NCBI GenBank assembly: GCA_008632985.1
Contig: QPGO01000001.1
Span: 240,600 to 304,599, forward strand
DNA from: Psammoneis japonica
Lineage: Eukaryota
Length of the DNA: 64,000 nt
Direction: 5' to 3'
The notes under the pieces were generated by a model, which saw only the letters and a program-made list of their open reading frames with translations, was not told the DNA's origin and searched no databases. This document shows, piece after piece, positions 34,551-47,437 of the stretch (position 1 is the stretch's first letter; each line of letters starts with the position of its first letter). The position numbers were made by a program, and so were the translations under genes.

Positions 34551-36270
34551 GATTGGTGCGGTGCGGTACCGATGCTGTGTTGTGAAGTCAGTTTAGGGCC
34601 CTATTTTTGGAATTTTTGAACTTAGGCTGGCGCGATGCTGTAGAAATTTCACGGGCTTGCACATTTTTGACCAGACAGACACTCCACGTGTGGCGCATCA
34701 ATGATGCGTTCGCTCACTTTTTCGCAAAAATTCGTCAGAAATTCGGCATGTGTCCAGTCACGCAGGCAGGCAGCTCCGAGTTTATGAAAGAAAGGAAGAG
34801 GAAAAGGAGGAGGAGAGAGAGACAAGGTCCAATGTACCCTTGAGTCCAGTTGGAAGGGATTTCACACTCAAGTGAACGATTTGCACCCACACTGCAGACT
34901 CTGGCAGCACAAAAGTGCTTCACCAGCCGGTCCGCCGAGATGGGGCAAGTGGCCACACCAATGATTCAAACAATTTGTGCTTTGCTGAGAGACCTGACAA
35001 ATTCAATGAAGACTTTAATGGTGAAAGATAAAATTGCTGTGCAAGCCAGCAATGAAATCTGAAAAAAGTCGGCGCAGCTTGAAAATGCTGTCCAACTGCA
35101 CAGGATGATGCGCGGGGGTGCACCAGTGAAAACCAGGATGTGTGCCCAACATCTGCCCAATGCTGGGCTCGAGGGCACTGCAAGTTTGCTGTGCATGCAT
35201 GATGTCCAGATGCTTGGCACACCTCAGGCATGTGTGTGTGCACGGTGCAGGCTGACGTCTTGAATCTCGCAGTGTGAGGGCAAGGGGCCTCCACACAAAA
35301 ACAACCATGATGGCAGCAACAGCCACTGCTCAACGCTGTTGCCAAACCTTTTCCCACAAAAAATGTGGTTGCATGGCATTCTACATTTTTCTCTGACAAG
35401 TGTGTCCGCCAAAAGAGAGGCAACAGAAAATCAAAAATGGGTCAAAACTCCCTTCTGTTGATGCTCCTGGTGGTGGTGGTTCTCCATTCTCACAATTTGT
35501 GCCTTTCAATTTTGGTTTGCACTGGGCAGATTGAAGAGCACAGATCTCTGCTTGTGGAAAGTGATGACTCCAACTCCTTCAAACAAAACACAAAACACCC
35601 TTGCAATCACTGCTGTTTCATTTTGCCGCTGCTGCCACCTGCCACCTCCCAGCATGCCCCACACTGACATCTGCAAGATGTTGCTTGATCAGTTGGCATT
35701 TGATGGCAGCATTTGAAGGGTGGAATTGAAGAGAGCATGCAAGTCTTTGGAGTGGCCTTCAGGGTTTGCTGGAGTTGGTGAGCATGGTGGCACCACTGGC
35801 TCCATTGACACATGATTGGCAAATTACAATCTGCCACACTTGTGGAAAAGTCCGTGCATCAGTGACAGACAAGGCTGCCCTTGCCTCTAAAAGTGACTGG
35901 CAACTGATGAGGTTGTGCTGACTGCAGCATTGCCTCAGCTTTTTTTTCTGCAATGATGAAGCTGGCTTGCTTTGAGGGAACACCATTCTCTGCAGAGTGC
36001 ACGTTGCTGAGCTCCAAGCAAAAACAACAGAGGCATCTACAATGTGACCCAGTCAACTGACAGAGCATTCATTGACACATGAGAAACCAGAATTGCGCTG
36101 CCAAACTGAGCAGAGCTGCCAGCAGAACTGCTCACACTGTGGTGCCAGTGCCAAAGGAGCAGATGAGATTGTGGAGAGCTGAAACCAGCACCGGTTTTCA
36201 TTGTCTCAGCCACTTCCAGTTTCCTTGATTCAGTTCCACAAAATTTGATGACAAGCTGCAGTGATGGCAG

Positions 36271-36443
36271 TGACAAAAATTGAAGAGAAAACAGGTGGAA
36301 GAAAACAGTGACTCCTTGCTGCTGTCTAAACAGCAGATGAGTCTCCGTGCAGAGACTGTCACAGGAGCTGAAAGACATGTGTCATGACATTGGCACTGCC
36401 GTTGTTGTTCTTGTGAGCTGAGTGGCTCAAAAGCAAACTGCAA
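36271..36443 (+). repeat. Direct repeat, copy 1 (copy 2 at 47263-47437); possible LTR relic
   Basis: Shared AAATTGAAGAGAAAAC...CAGATGAGTCTCC.TGCAGAGACTGTCACAGGAGC...CTCAAAAGCAAACTGCA. Confidence 0.7.
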
Positions 36444-36559
36444 AAGGCACTGCACACAGCACTGAGAGCACACATGATCATGTGCAACAAACCAAAATCT
36501 TGTTCAAATCCTGTCACTCTCCAGTTTGCTTGAGGAGTCCGCAGCAACAGATTTGAGGT

Positions 36560-39500
36560 TGGATTGGATGAAGGCATCAGAATCAAAGTTCCAAAACACA
36601 AGAGGGCAGAGGAGGTTCCAGATCTGGGAGCAACCTCAGTGCTTCCTGAGAATGTCAGCTGGTTTGTGGGAACCTTCAATGAAATAAAACTCAAGGAGGA
36701 AACCAGAGGCAATCCCCTCACACACACAGTGGCTTGGAGTGTGGGATGGTGGCACTGTTCACAACTGACTTGTTGTCATCAAACATGCAACATGTGTCAT
36801 GAATTGGGATGCTGAGGTGATGCAAAGTGATTTGAAGATCAATGATCTGTTCAACACATGCCCTCCTTGCTGCAACAAACTCAGATCTGTGCATCACAGT
36901 CTTGACTGTTGCTTGTTTCTTGGGGAGCCAAAATCAGCTGGGAACTTCTTCAGGAAATGGATGATGCCCATGACAGAGCGTCCAGTGAGCATGCAAAGGA
37001 ACAAGTTTGTGTTGACACAATGAGCTGTGGTTACAAACTTGCCAAGTGGCTTGGGCACATCTTGTGGGAGGAGCTCTTCTACATCCCTGTGCATGGATTG
37101 AGCCCAGTTGCACATGGGCAATGTCTGAATGGTCGGGTTCCTTGGTGCGCACTGGGAGCACACCATGTTTCATCTTGGACAGGTGTTCGCAGACATGCTT
37201 GGTGTGATCCAGATGGCATTGACGGGGTGCCGTGTGGAAGCTGGACAGGGACATGATGGCCACAGCAATGTCAAGAATGCACCAAGCGATGCAACCCATT
37301 GCAGGGAACCAACCAAAGATTGGAGTTGATGGGGGCCATTGGGTTTGAGCAATTTGGAGGTGTCAAGCTCAGGGTGGTCACCCTTTTCAAGAGGGGAAAG
37401 CATGTCAGTGCAAGGCTTCTCCCCAACAAGACATGCACAGTTGTTGACCATGCACTCAATGTGCTTGCAAGGAGCAAGGCACAGGGTGCCATCTGAATCA
37501 TGGGTGAAGTTACAACCAAGATGGAGCTCCAATGGTCCAGTGCCCTTGAGCTTGAACTTGCCTTTCTCTGTGAGAGTGTCTGCAAAAGCTTGAGGGTCCT
37601 TCACATTGAAGGCCAGGTTGTCCACACACACTGCCATGTGTGCACAGTGGCCACTGTTCCAATGCAACCAGATGTTGGGTTTGGCACGACATGGTGGGAA
37701 GAAACCTCAGGCACACAAACAATTGGTGAAGCATTCATGCCACCTGAGGCTGGAGCTGCAGAGGCCATGTGGATCCTTGCAAAGGACAAGGATGTGTCCT
37801 TCCAGCTTGCCAAATTTGGGGCCTGCTGCAACACACAATTTCTTCTTGGGGTCACAACTTTGAGATGGGCATTGCCAATGTCGGTTGCCCACATCTCCAG
37901 TTCATTGAGTTCAGTCAGGAAGATCATCAGTCAAAGACCACGGAGGGACACCACTCCAGAGCAGACACAGGCACATCCACGAGGTGTCCATTGGCAACAA
38001 GTCATGCTTTGTGCCTGCCATCATGGTTGACATCACAGATGAGGTGGACCCTGATCTTCTTGTGTCCTGCTGGGGCACTGGAGTCCTTGCTGTGTCCACA
38101 ATCATGAAAGACCTCATGCTGCTCACCAAGCTGAGTCATCTTGAGGTCCCTTGCATCTCCCCACTTGCGGTTGCCATTGCACTTGTCAAGGGCCAAGGCA
38201 TGCTGCTTGCAGTCCCGGGGCACTTCACACCCACACTTGTGTCATGGGTGCAGTGTGAAACAAGCACAGCTTGGCTTGGTTGGCCATGCAGAATGGCTTC
38301 TTCTGTTGCAGAGCTATGGTCCAGAAGTGCTTCCATCCATTGGTTTCAATCAAACTGTGCTTGCGTGCACATTGATGGCAAGAGGTTCAGACATGATCTT
38401 CCCATTCTCCCGTTCAAGCATGACATTGCAGCTTGAGCTTTTTCCAAGAGGTGTTGTGAGGTCTCAAAGGTCCTTTGCGTGAAAGGATGCATCGGAACTT
38501 CCAAAGGGCAGCATCCTTGTCTTCTTGCCATGTGTGGTGCATGATGTCACTGCAGGCAAGAATTTCCTCACATTTGTCATTGTTGTCAAAGAGCAAATGA
38601 TTTTGACAACTTCTGGGTTGTCACCAATTTCCCAGTCATGGTCTTCAGCAATGGCCTTGATGACGCGGGTGGCACAGCAGCATTGTCCATGATCCTCTTG
38701 TGGCTTTGTGAGGAAGGCACCTCTGACAATGTCCTTGGGGTCAAAGACAGGCATTTTGGGCATCCTGATTGCCTCCCCATCTGGCGAATCTGGTGAATCC
38801 TCAGAGTTGTGTTGGGATTTGATGATGGCTTCAGCAGACTTCCCATCAGGAAGATCAAGATGCAGGTTGCAGGCAGATGGGTCATGAGCAGAATGCAAGT
38901 TCAAGCAGCAAAGTGGCTTCTGAGTGTTGTCAGAGAGAATGTTGAATGTCATTTGATGACCCACGTGTTTGGCGATGCCAATGAAGCAACCACACAACTC
39001 ACAGGATTCAGATGGCCAGTTGGAATCATCCAGGTGGCAGCACACAGGTTCCCACCACTGAAAACAGAGGAGGGGGTGGTTGTCAGGATGGGATCCAGAT
39101 GGCACTTCAGTGGGAGCATGCCAGCGGCACTTGGCAGATGCTGTGTGGTTGAGCACAAAGCACATGCACATGAGAGCAAGGAGCCAGGTGCAGGCTGGGA
39201 ATCCAAAGCAATCCATGATGGCGTTGGCCACTCTGGTGCTGTTGGTGGGGTTTGCTTTGACAGCTGGAGATGAAGTGAGCACAAAGGATGCCAAGGACCT
39301 TGTTGCTGATCTCAACATGGGCATGATTGCTGATGAGCTTGGACAGAGCACCACGGTTGTGAATGTTGTCTTTGAGCATGTTGACAAATTCCTTGTCAGT
39401 CTTGGTGCTGCACACATCAGTGATGAGGGATTCTGCACCAACAAAGAGCTGTGCACTGACACATCCAGAGTCAATGGCACAGGTGTTGGAGCCCACAGTG

Positions 39501-41785
39501 TCAGCAGCAATGGGTTCATTGTGATGGTGGACATTGAGGGCTGTTGGGTGACTTGTGTGCCTTTTTCGGGAGCGTGCTGGTGGACATGTGGGTGCACTGT
39601 GTCGCACAATCAAAAGTGTGGCAGACACTGTCCTTTGGGAGGAAGCCAAGACAGGGGTGCAGGGGCTCATGGTCAGGATCCTTGGGGTTGATCTTGTGCT
39701 CATGGCATTTGGCTGCACAAGAAATCAGATGTTGGAAGGATGCAATCATCAAGGATGGAGTCCGCAAACATCGTGTTGTCATGGGGCAAATTGTCCCATT
39801 CAGCATCGGTGTGTGGGTGCATGGTGATGCATGGCAGGCCACCTTTTGTGTCAATGGGAATGACACAACCATCAATGATGGGGTGATGCACTGCAGGCCA
39901 TTGTGGGAACCTTGATTGATTGGTCATTGATGTTGTGCTTGCACCACTTGAGTTGGCCGCAAGAGTGTGTGGTCTTGCCCTTTCCAGTGCAGGAGTGCAT
40001 TGATGAAGGATGGCAATGGCAGGTCCATGCTGTGTGTGGATGACACCACCGGCAGTGACAACAGGAATGTCAACAAGCTGATGGCTGGTTGTCAATGCCT
40101 TGCATGTCAACCTGGCAATCATTGTGGGTGATGACACAAACATTGTCACCAGCGATGCTGCCATTGTCACCATGATGATCCACTGGAGCACCCTTGCATG
40201 TCAAGTTGTGGGTCAAGGCAGAGCAGACAACATTGTGATTGTTGACATGATGGCAAGTGGGACCATCAATCTCAGTGTTGGAAGCAGCACCAGGGGAGGA
40301 TGTCAATCCAGAGGGTTTCTTGCCAGAGCAGGCCGAGGGTGGTTTGTTGGTCAAAACAAGGCATCGCAAACCACCAGGTGGCAAAAGCTTGTGCCTCGTG
40401 AGGTGTGCCAGGATGGGGCCAGCATCTGTGGCAGTGGCTGTGGCACTGGGTGGTTCAAGAGCCAATGCAACGTTGTGAGCATTGGCAGACAAGTTGACGC
40501 TGCCATTGCTTCCCAGACAGAGGTCGTGGAGGTTGACAGCCGATGAGTCATGGCAGTTTTGCTGGCATGGGTGGTGCATGAGCCAAGGATGATGGCTTTG
40601 GTGGGCTGAGGGAGGGGGTCCCAGATGTGCTGGTGACCTGGTGGGATGCAACGCCATTGTTGCTCCTTGGTGAGGGAGGCACCATGAGTTTGCAAGGCAT
40701 GAGCCTGGATGACGTCAACGTTCTTGCTGTTGATGTTGAAGAATGCATCATCATCAGTGTCATTGGGGGCCAGGCCATGCATGCAGACGGTGAGGTGTGG
40801 GGCATGGGAGGTTGTCTTGGGGGTGAAAGTGCTGTTGCATTGCACTGCTGCAGAAAGCAGGAGCCCGCAACATTGCTCACATGAAAGGATCATGCCATTC
40901 TGTGTGTGATGCTGGTTGGCTTGGTTCTCAAGTGAGCACAGTTCTTCAACAGGGTGGATGGCATTCTCAAGCATGATGCACTTCTGTCCAGCAGAGAGAA
41001 GTGGTCTGCAGTCAGAATCAGGGCCTCACACTTGAAGAGTTGAACCTGCCAGTGGAGCATGAAGGCATGGATGGAGCTTTTCCAGGTGCCATCACTGAGG
41101 TGAGCTGTGGTGAGGTGCATTGTGAGAAGGGTCTGTGACTCCAGGGATGCACGAGTGGATGCAAGAGTGCACTTGGAGAGTTTGCAACACAGTGCTTGAG
41201 CATCAGAGGAGCCGACGTGTTCGCTGGCAAGTGCCCTGCCTTTGTGTCATTTTGCAAGATGCTCTTCTGTTGTTTGGCAAACAGGGCATTGTCCTTGGGT
41301 GCAGAGGGCTTGCACATCAGATTGAGGATGCAGTTGACATCCTGGGAGCAAGCCTGTGTGATGATGGAGGTGTGCCATGTGTGCCACTGCTTGTCAGACT
41401 TCAGAATCGCGATGGTGAGTGGGTTGCATTTGACACCTTGTTTGAAGTCACACACTGGGTCACATGGTTTTGGGGGCAAAGAGCTGGCCATGGGAGTGGA
41501 TGGTGAAATGCCAGAAAAGAGGGATGCCACGGCAAATTCTTCATGTGCAAACAAGGTGGGGTTGCCACCAATGTCAGCAACTCCATGGCAAAGGCGTGTC
41601 TGACTGGTGCCATCATTGCAAACTGGGGAGTCAAGTTGTCCTGGAGCAAATGTGAAGAGATCCTGGCATGAGTCAGTCCCATCAATGCTGAGGGCAGAGC
41701 GCAATGAGCTGTTTGCAGCTTGGTTTGGGACAATGCTCAAAATGTGCTCAAAGCTGTTGGTTTGTTGCTGCCTGGTGAGGGCCAT
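36560..41785 (-). mobile_element. Degenerate Ty1/copia (CoDi-like) LTR retrotransposon gag-pol
   Basis: On the minus strand the order is gag (FKQGVKCNP...KSDKQWHTW), protease-like (VDHHGDNGSIAGDNV), integrase (IAADTV..NIHNRGALSKLIS..PHQQH), RT (KIRVHLICDVNHDGRHKA; ATDIGNAHL; GPLELHLGCNF) and RNase H ending SQIWNLL.PLVFW. Many frameshifts; TA-depleted. Confidence 0.85.
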
Positions 41786-42210
41786 GGTGCAAAAAAAGAG
41801 AGTGCTGGAGCTTGATCCAGGAGTTGAGCTAGACTTGACTTGAAACTTGACTTGAGGTCTTGAGCCATCTTGCAAATCAGAAACCCTGGGCCATGACACC
41901 CCGTTTGCAGACTTGTTCCAGACTTAGGTGGTGCACTCCCATGCCCGTTTTTGCACAAAAAATGAACATTTTGTGCTTTGCACAACAAGATGCAAATGGA
42001 TGTCACACAGTTGGTGCAGTCGTGCAAGCAAGGGGCAGTTGACGTGCGCAATTTCGCAGGCAGTGCGCTCGAATTTTGAACTGATTCTGGTGCCGTGTTC
42101 CTTTGTGATGGTGGGTTTTTGTTGTCTTCCAGGCATGGCATCAGTGCTCTCTGTGGACTGTCGTTTGGCACACAGTCTGGACAGGTGGTGGTCGATTGCA
42201 TCCGGGTCAT

Positions 42211-45200
42211 TCAATGTTTGTAGAGAGACAGACCTGTGCCATCTTCCCACTGGGGTTGCCTGGAGCTGATCTGAGAGGCGGGAATGCAGGATCCCCTGAG
42301 GCAACGGTGGGTTGCCCTGACTGTGGCGACACTCATCCTCGCGTTGACACAGCCGCACACTTCAGAATGTGGCTTTTGCCACAAGTCTGAAAGTTTTGAT
42401 GCTGTCTTGCGGAGCATCGCCTTGGCTTCTTTGCCAAAAAGCCCATCGCATGACGACACAACGAATGGTGTGAAATGACGGCGTTGTTCCAGACATGGCT
42501 GGAGGCATTTGCGCTTCTTTTCACGTTCGTGGCTTGCTGGGACTTCTTCTGGTGTTTTGGATGGGCATGACTTCGCGTCCGTGTGGGGATGCAAGTGTCC
42601 GTCACCATGTCTGTCCTTCCATCCCAAAATCTCATGCTGAGAAGGTCTCCACGATTGCCATCCTTGGACTTGTTGGAGTTGGTGTTTCCTGAAGTGCTGT
42701 TGGGGGTGCTTGAGCTTCCCGCGCTGTGACTGGCAGGATTGACAAGAGGTTCATCGCGCACGTGGGAAGGTTTGCAAGCCTTGCCCATTGGGTCTCTGAG
42801 GTTGTCGCGCACTTCATCGTGTCGTGAGATGACTGGGCAGCCCTTCTTGCACTGAAGAGCGTGGTTCATCCATCACAGTGCTCCGGGAGGTCGGGTGACG
42901 TGTTCCAGCCCTACCGTGTGACATTGGGCCCGCAGAATTCTGCGTGCGAGCTCCGCAGTGCGAGAATTCAATCAATGGACACATTTGTCTTCAACATCAA
43001 ATGAACGGCCAAGTTTGTGGTGCAATTGTGCCTCTTGCCACTCGATGTTTTCGCAAATGCGCCTGCCCTACGCGATTCTTAAGACATTGTAGAATCGCGC
43101 TGTAACAAAAAAGTCAAAAGTTGTTGGACGGATCGCTCAATGAGTGCACCGTAAAATGACACAAAATGTCGAAAAAATCACGTAGAAATCTACGTGCGCG
43201 ACATACGACGTGATTCAAAAAACTGTCGATGTCACAGTTCAGCAGTGCGAGGTCCCACCCAGACCTGGAACACGTCGGGTGGAGCACCCCCATGCCATAG
43301 AAAGAGAGCATTGCGGAACTCTTGGCATGAGAGTTCCATGCCATTCAGTGTCGAAGGGTGTGCTGACAGCCATGCTCCAGTCTTGGTGCTGCACTTGACA
43401 GCTCTGTGCCGTGAAGGTTGGGTGGGGTCCTGAGGATCATTTTGAGGGTCTCTCCATGCGCTTTAACTTTTCCATTGGCTGCTTCCTGTTTCACTTTGTG
43501 CATGGTGTCCTTGTGGACTGCGGAGGAGAACTGGGAACGACCATGGAGTGAGTCGATCACGTGGGAGCACGTGAGAGTGCTCACTTCACAGTCACGAGCT
43601 GTGGACTCAGTTGGACGAGGGATGGACAGTCCCAAGAATTTGATTGGGAGGGCGGATGGGGCCAATCTCGGATCATCATCGGCGAAGGTCTCGCCTGTCA
43701 ATGCTGGCAGGAAATTGTGCTGCATTGCACGTTCTGCGTCAGCAAACGATTCACCACAATCCTTTGCCACCTGTTGGACATGCTGCCACTGGTGTTGCAG
43801 GGACTTTTGCAGACCGGCGCAGGCAGTCTGAGGGTGGTGGATTGCAATTTTGGCAAGTCCTTGGACAACCGAGGTCCATGACTTGGCTTTTTCCACCAGC
43901 CAATGGTCACGTGCATCCGTCTCACTGACGAAGCCTCCGAGGCAGTGGCTGCCAGACTCGACAGTAAAGCCCAGATCCCCAAAGCATGCTCCAGCATTTT
44001 CCAGGTTGCATTCTGGGACTGCTGGGATGTTCTTGGAGTTGTCGGCAGGGCAGTGTCCATGTTTGGGGCCTTCGGCTTGGAGAGTGAGGAAGAAGTCCCG
44101 CAGGATGTTAAATTTCCCAGCTGCTGCTGAGTCATCGGCGCACCAAGGGGTGAGTGCATCTTTGAAACGGTCATTCATTTCACCGACTGGTGGAAGAAGT
44201 CCCAGTCCGCATGCTGCCACACCTGGTGGATCGCCCTGTGTGACACCTTCTTTGCTGAGCAAGATGAAGGTGGTTCAGAAGTTCCCGTGGATGATGAGGA
44301 TGCTCCAATGCTTGTGGCAGTTGAAGGTGAACCTTGCACCGGATGGCCAAAGGTGCCTTGCATTGTGTGGCATCAATGCCCTGTTTTCTTTGTTGAATCC
44401 ATTGGAGGCGTCAACAAAGAGAAATCTGCAGTCGTCTTCGAATTTGTGTTGTTCCCAGAGCATGCTCATCACATGGACGGCACCCTCAATGCCTGCTTCC
44501 AGTCCAGCACACAGCTGGTCTGCACCACAAGCTTCCTTGGCTTCTGCTCCGGCAACCAGGAGAATGGCTTTGGCGGTGGCTCATTGCCACACCTCCCCCA
44601 CACCAACCGGATGTGCACCCGGGTTTTCATCTGGCTCGACGAGTCGTTTTGCCATGATTGCACAGCATGCAGCCCATGGGGGCGACTCGTTTGCTGGCCA
44701 GTTTGCAAAGTTGCGTGACACTTCACTGAGCAACCCGCTGGCCTTTCCGTGATGGAGAAGCCATTCTGACAATGCGTCAGCATCAGATCCACCAAGTCCT
44801 GCACCTCCAGAAAGTCTGTGCGCAATGGTCTCGATGGTTCCATCGGTGATGAGTGCACCCTGAAGCTCAGGTAACTCACTGAACTTGTGAAAATGGTCTT
44901 TGTCTGGGATCCTCTGACTTGGGTGTTTCTTCTGAAGAACCTCAAACACTGAGTTGTTGGTTTTTTCATCGATGTCATCTGGTGAGAGGATTCCACCTTT
45001 CTCACATTCGGAGATGCACCCAACCACTCCTCGCAGGTTCCCTTGGAGCACCATTCCATTGAATGTCTTGGCGTGCTGCTCAGGCATCTCCTCCCTTTGA
45101 ATGGTCTTCAGGTTAGCTTCAAGCAACCGCTCCATTGACTGGATCAGCATTTTGTGCTTGCCCGCATCCCAATCGTCCATGCGCGTGCTGAGCAAAGTTC

Positions 45201-46213
45201 TGACATCTTTGGCTCCTTTTGCATTGCGATCCCGCTGCAAAATGACTGTCTGACATGCTGTGAATCTTTCCAAGTTCCACTTCCGCCTCGTGACTCCATC
45301 CAGCAGCTCTGCCAATGTCACAATGAATCATTTGCCAACCGAGCCATTTGGTGCATCGCATCATTGTGATGGGCAGGGCGTTGGCCGGTGCCAATGCTCT
45401 TGCCACGTCTTGTCGTCCAACATTCCACCATCCAGTTCAGTGCCGTCACTGAGGTGACATGTCTTGCTGTGTGTCTCATGGATGATCCATTTTGCGTCTG
45501 AATTGAAGTCGTTGGGTGTGTCATTGGTGTCATCAATTGAAGAAATGACAGCTCCCTCTGAGCCCTGTCTGTCCTCCGACTGCACACTGTCCCTTGTGGC
45601 AGTGTCAACCTCCTCATTAGTTCTGCCCTCATCAACACCCGTCTCTTGATCATTGGGTGCGATGTTTTCTTTGTTGGCTTCAGTGTTGGCCTTGTTTTTG
45701 TTTTGTTTGTCGGTGGCATCAGGGGTGTCATTGACAAATTGACAAATTTTTGGCTGAAGTGGACTGGTTTCCAGGGAGGTTAGAAGTTTTCGAGACTTCT
45801 TATCTGAGTTCCTGTTGACATCATTCAATGATCACATTGATGGCTGGCAAGTGGAACAAACAGAGCAAATTCGAGCCAACAAACAGCCAAAACGGCCATG
45901 GCTTTCAGTGACCATGACGGCCCACTTTTTTCAACCTCATGGAAAATTGAATGTCATGATGAGGACCGCAGTGTTGAATGTAGTCTGTGGCATCTGTCAC
46001 AATGATGAAAATGCTTGTCACAGGCTGCAGCGCGGCGTGAGAAGACTCAATCTGTCAGCACCAACAATTGAGCCTCAGTTCACTCATGATTTGCCTCTAA
46101 GGTGCATTTCTTTTCCATTTCCATGTGCATTTCCTCAATGTCATCGGCTTGTGCAAGTGTGACAGTCGTTTGCGCCGACAGAACAGTGAAAAAGGGTCCG
46201 AAGTTGACGCCAT
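42211..46213 (-). mobile_element. Degenerate CRE-like non-LTR retrotransposon (RT + C-terminal restriction-like endonuclease)
   Basis: HPVGVGEVW, FVDASNGFN, SKEGVTQGDP and WCADD (YADD with Y->C), then PPDLPEHCDG..HALQCKKG..RHDEVRD..RGDLL...FW..D and HFTPFVVS.DG, as in CRE/SLACS-type elements. Confidence 0.85.
42897..43276. mobile_element. MITE (~380 bp), inverted copy of 3009-3398, inserted in the CRE ORF
   Basis: Perfect TIR GACGTGTTCCAG / CTGGAACACGTC with TSD GGGT (42893-42896, 43277-43280). Removing it restores GAPPDLPEHCDG. Confidence 0.92.
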
Positions 46214-47262
46214 TGTGTGCACCGAGCTTCACTTCTTCTCACGTCTTCCGACACTCATTTGTGAACGTGTGTTTTATTTAAAATTCGTTGAAAGTAACTT
46301 GCACTCAAACAAGAAGACAAAACAACATTTGTGTCACATTGGAGAGCATGTTGGCACACAAGAACAATGGTTTGTGCACTTGTAAATCGCTCATCGGAAA
46401 AAAGAGCTCTCATCTATCTTACGGTGACAATTTGGCGATCAACAACTTAGCATCCATCCTCAGTTTCTACCGTAATGCATGGGTGCATGCACGAGACCTT
46501 TCTGCGTGTGCACCCATGAGGGCTGCGCGTTTCATGCGAAAATGGGCATTTTTTCGCGCGTGTGCGCACCCAAGTCTGGAACAAGTCCGCAGTTGTGTGC
46601 CAAGCTTCCCACCCGGTCCGCAGAGTTGTGCCCGCACATCCAAAGCTGCAGCTGGCTGTGCTCAGGGTTGCTTGAGAGTGGAGTGATGGGTTAAAAACCC
46701 CTGCTGACAAGCTGGCCAGAGGTGGACAAGACCTCCAAACCTTTGTCATTTTACATTGGTTGGACAACCTGATCAGATGATGAGGACAAATGAACAAACG
46801 TGTGGGAAAGTGCACCCTGCATGCCAAAGCAGACTGCAATCATGGCTGCCTCCTCTCACAGTCATCCTTGTGGACCTTGCAGAGCTGCAGAAGACCAGCA
46901 GTCTGGGGCAGATGTGGAGCAATGGACTTGGCGTGTGCACAGCAAGGCCAGAGTTGGATGGAGTGCAGCAACATGAGTGCGAGTGCGTGCGGAGCAGCAG
47001 GGCCCGAGTGGGATGGGTTGGTCTGTCAGCCAACCTGGAGCAGGAGCCACTGCAGGCAATCGGGATCTCAAGTGTTGGAAGGCACGAGGTTTCCTGGTGA
47101 ATGACTGTCCATTGAATTGACCCATGTGGTGATGAAGAACCTTGAATGGGTCCCAACACAACCATCCATGACAGCCCAAATGTTCAGCAATGAGGAGGTT
47201 GGGTGTGTGTGCCTCCACCACGATGAATGTTCAATGGATGAAAATGAGCAAGACTGTCAATC

Positions 47263-47437
47263 TGACAGAAATTGAAGAGAAAACGGGTGAAAAAAAACAA
47301 CAACTCTTCACTGCTGTCTAAATGGCAGATGAGTCTCCATGCAGAGACTGTCACAGGAGCCGAAAAATGTGTGTCGTGACATCGGCGCTGCTGCCATTGC
47401 TCTTGTGAGCCAAGTGGCAGCTCAAAAGCAAACTGCA
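47263..47437 (+). repeat. Direct repeat, copy 2 of 36271-36443
   Basis: Same shared blocks as copy 1. Confidence 0.7.

Larger units (their letters stand above)
30400..34745 (+). repeat. Segmental duplication, direct copy of about 50985-55950 (this copy lacks about 54900-55770)
   Basis: Colinear upstream region, gene, 3' region, reverse-strand pseudogene, and terminal block GCCCTATTTTTGGAATTTTTGAA...AAAAATTCGTCAGAAATTCG. Confidence 0.9.
41910..46587. mobile_element. Non-autonomous TIR element hosting the CRE-like insertion
   Basis: GACTTGTTCCAGACTTAGGT at 41910 and ACCCAAGTCTGGAACAAGTC ending at 46587 are inverted repeats. The flanks TGCA / CGCA fit a 4-bp TSD with one CpG transition. Confidence 0.65.

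Noticed and set aside
41880..41905. Possible copia primer-binding site (minus strand GTCATGGCCCAGG)
   Set aside because: It only loosely resembles tRNA-iMet-fragment PBS motifs in mutated DNA, and no adjacent LTR end was confirmed.
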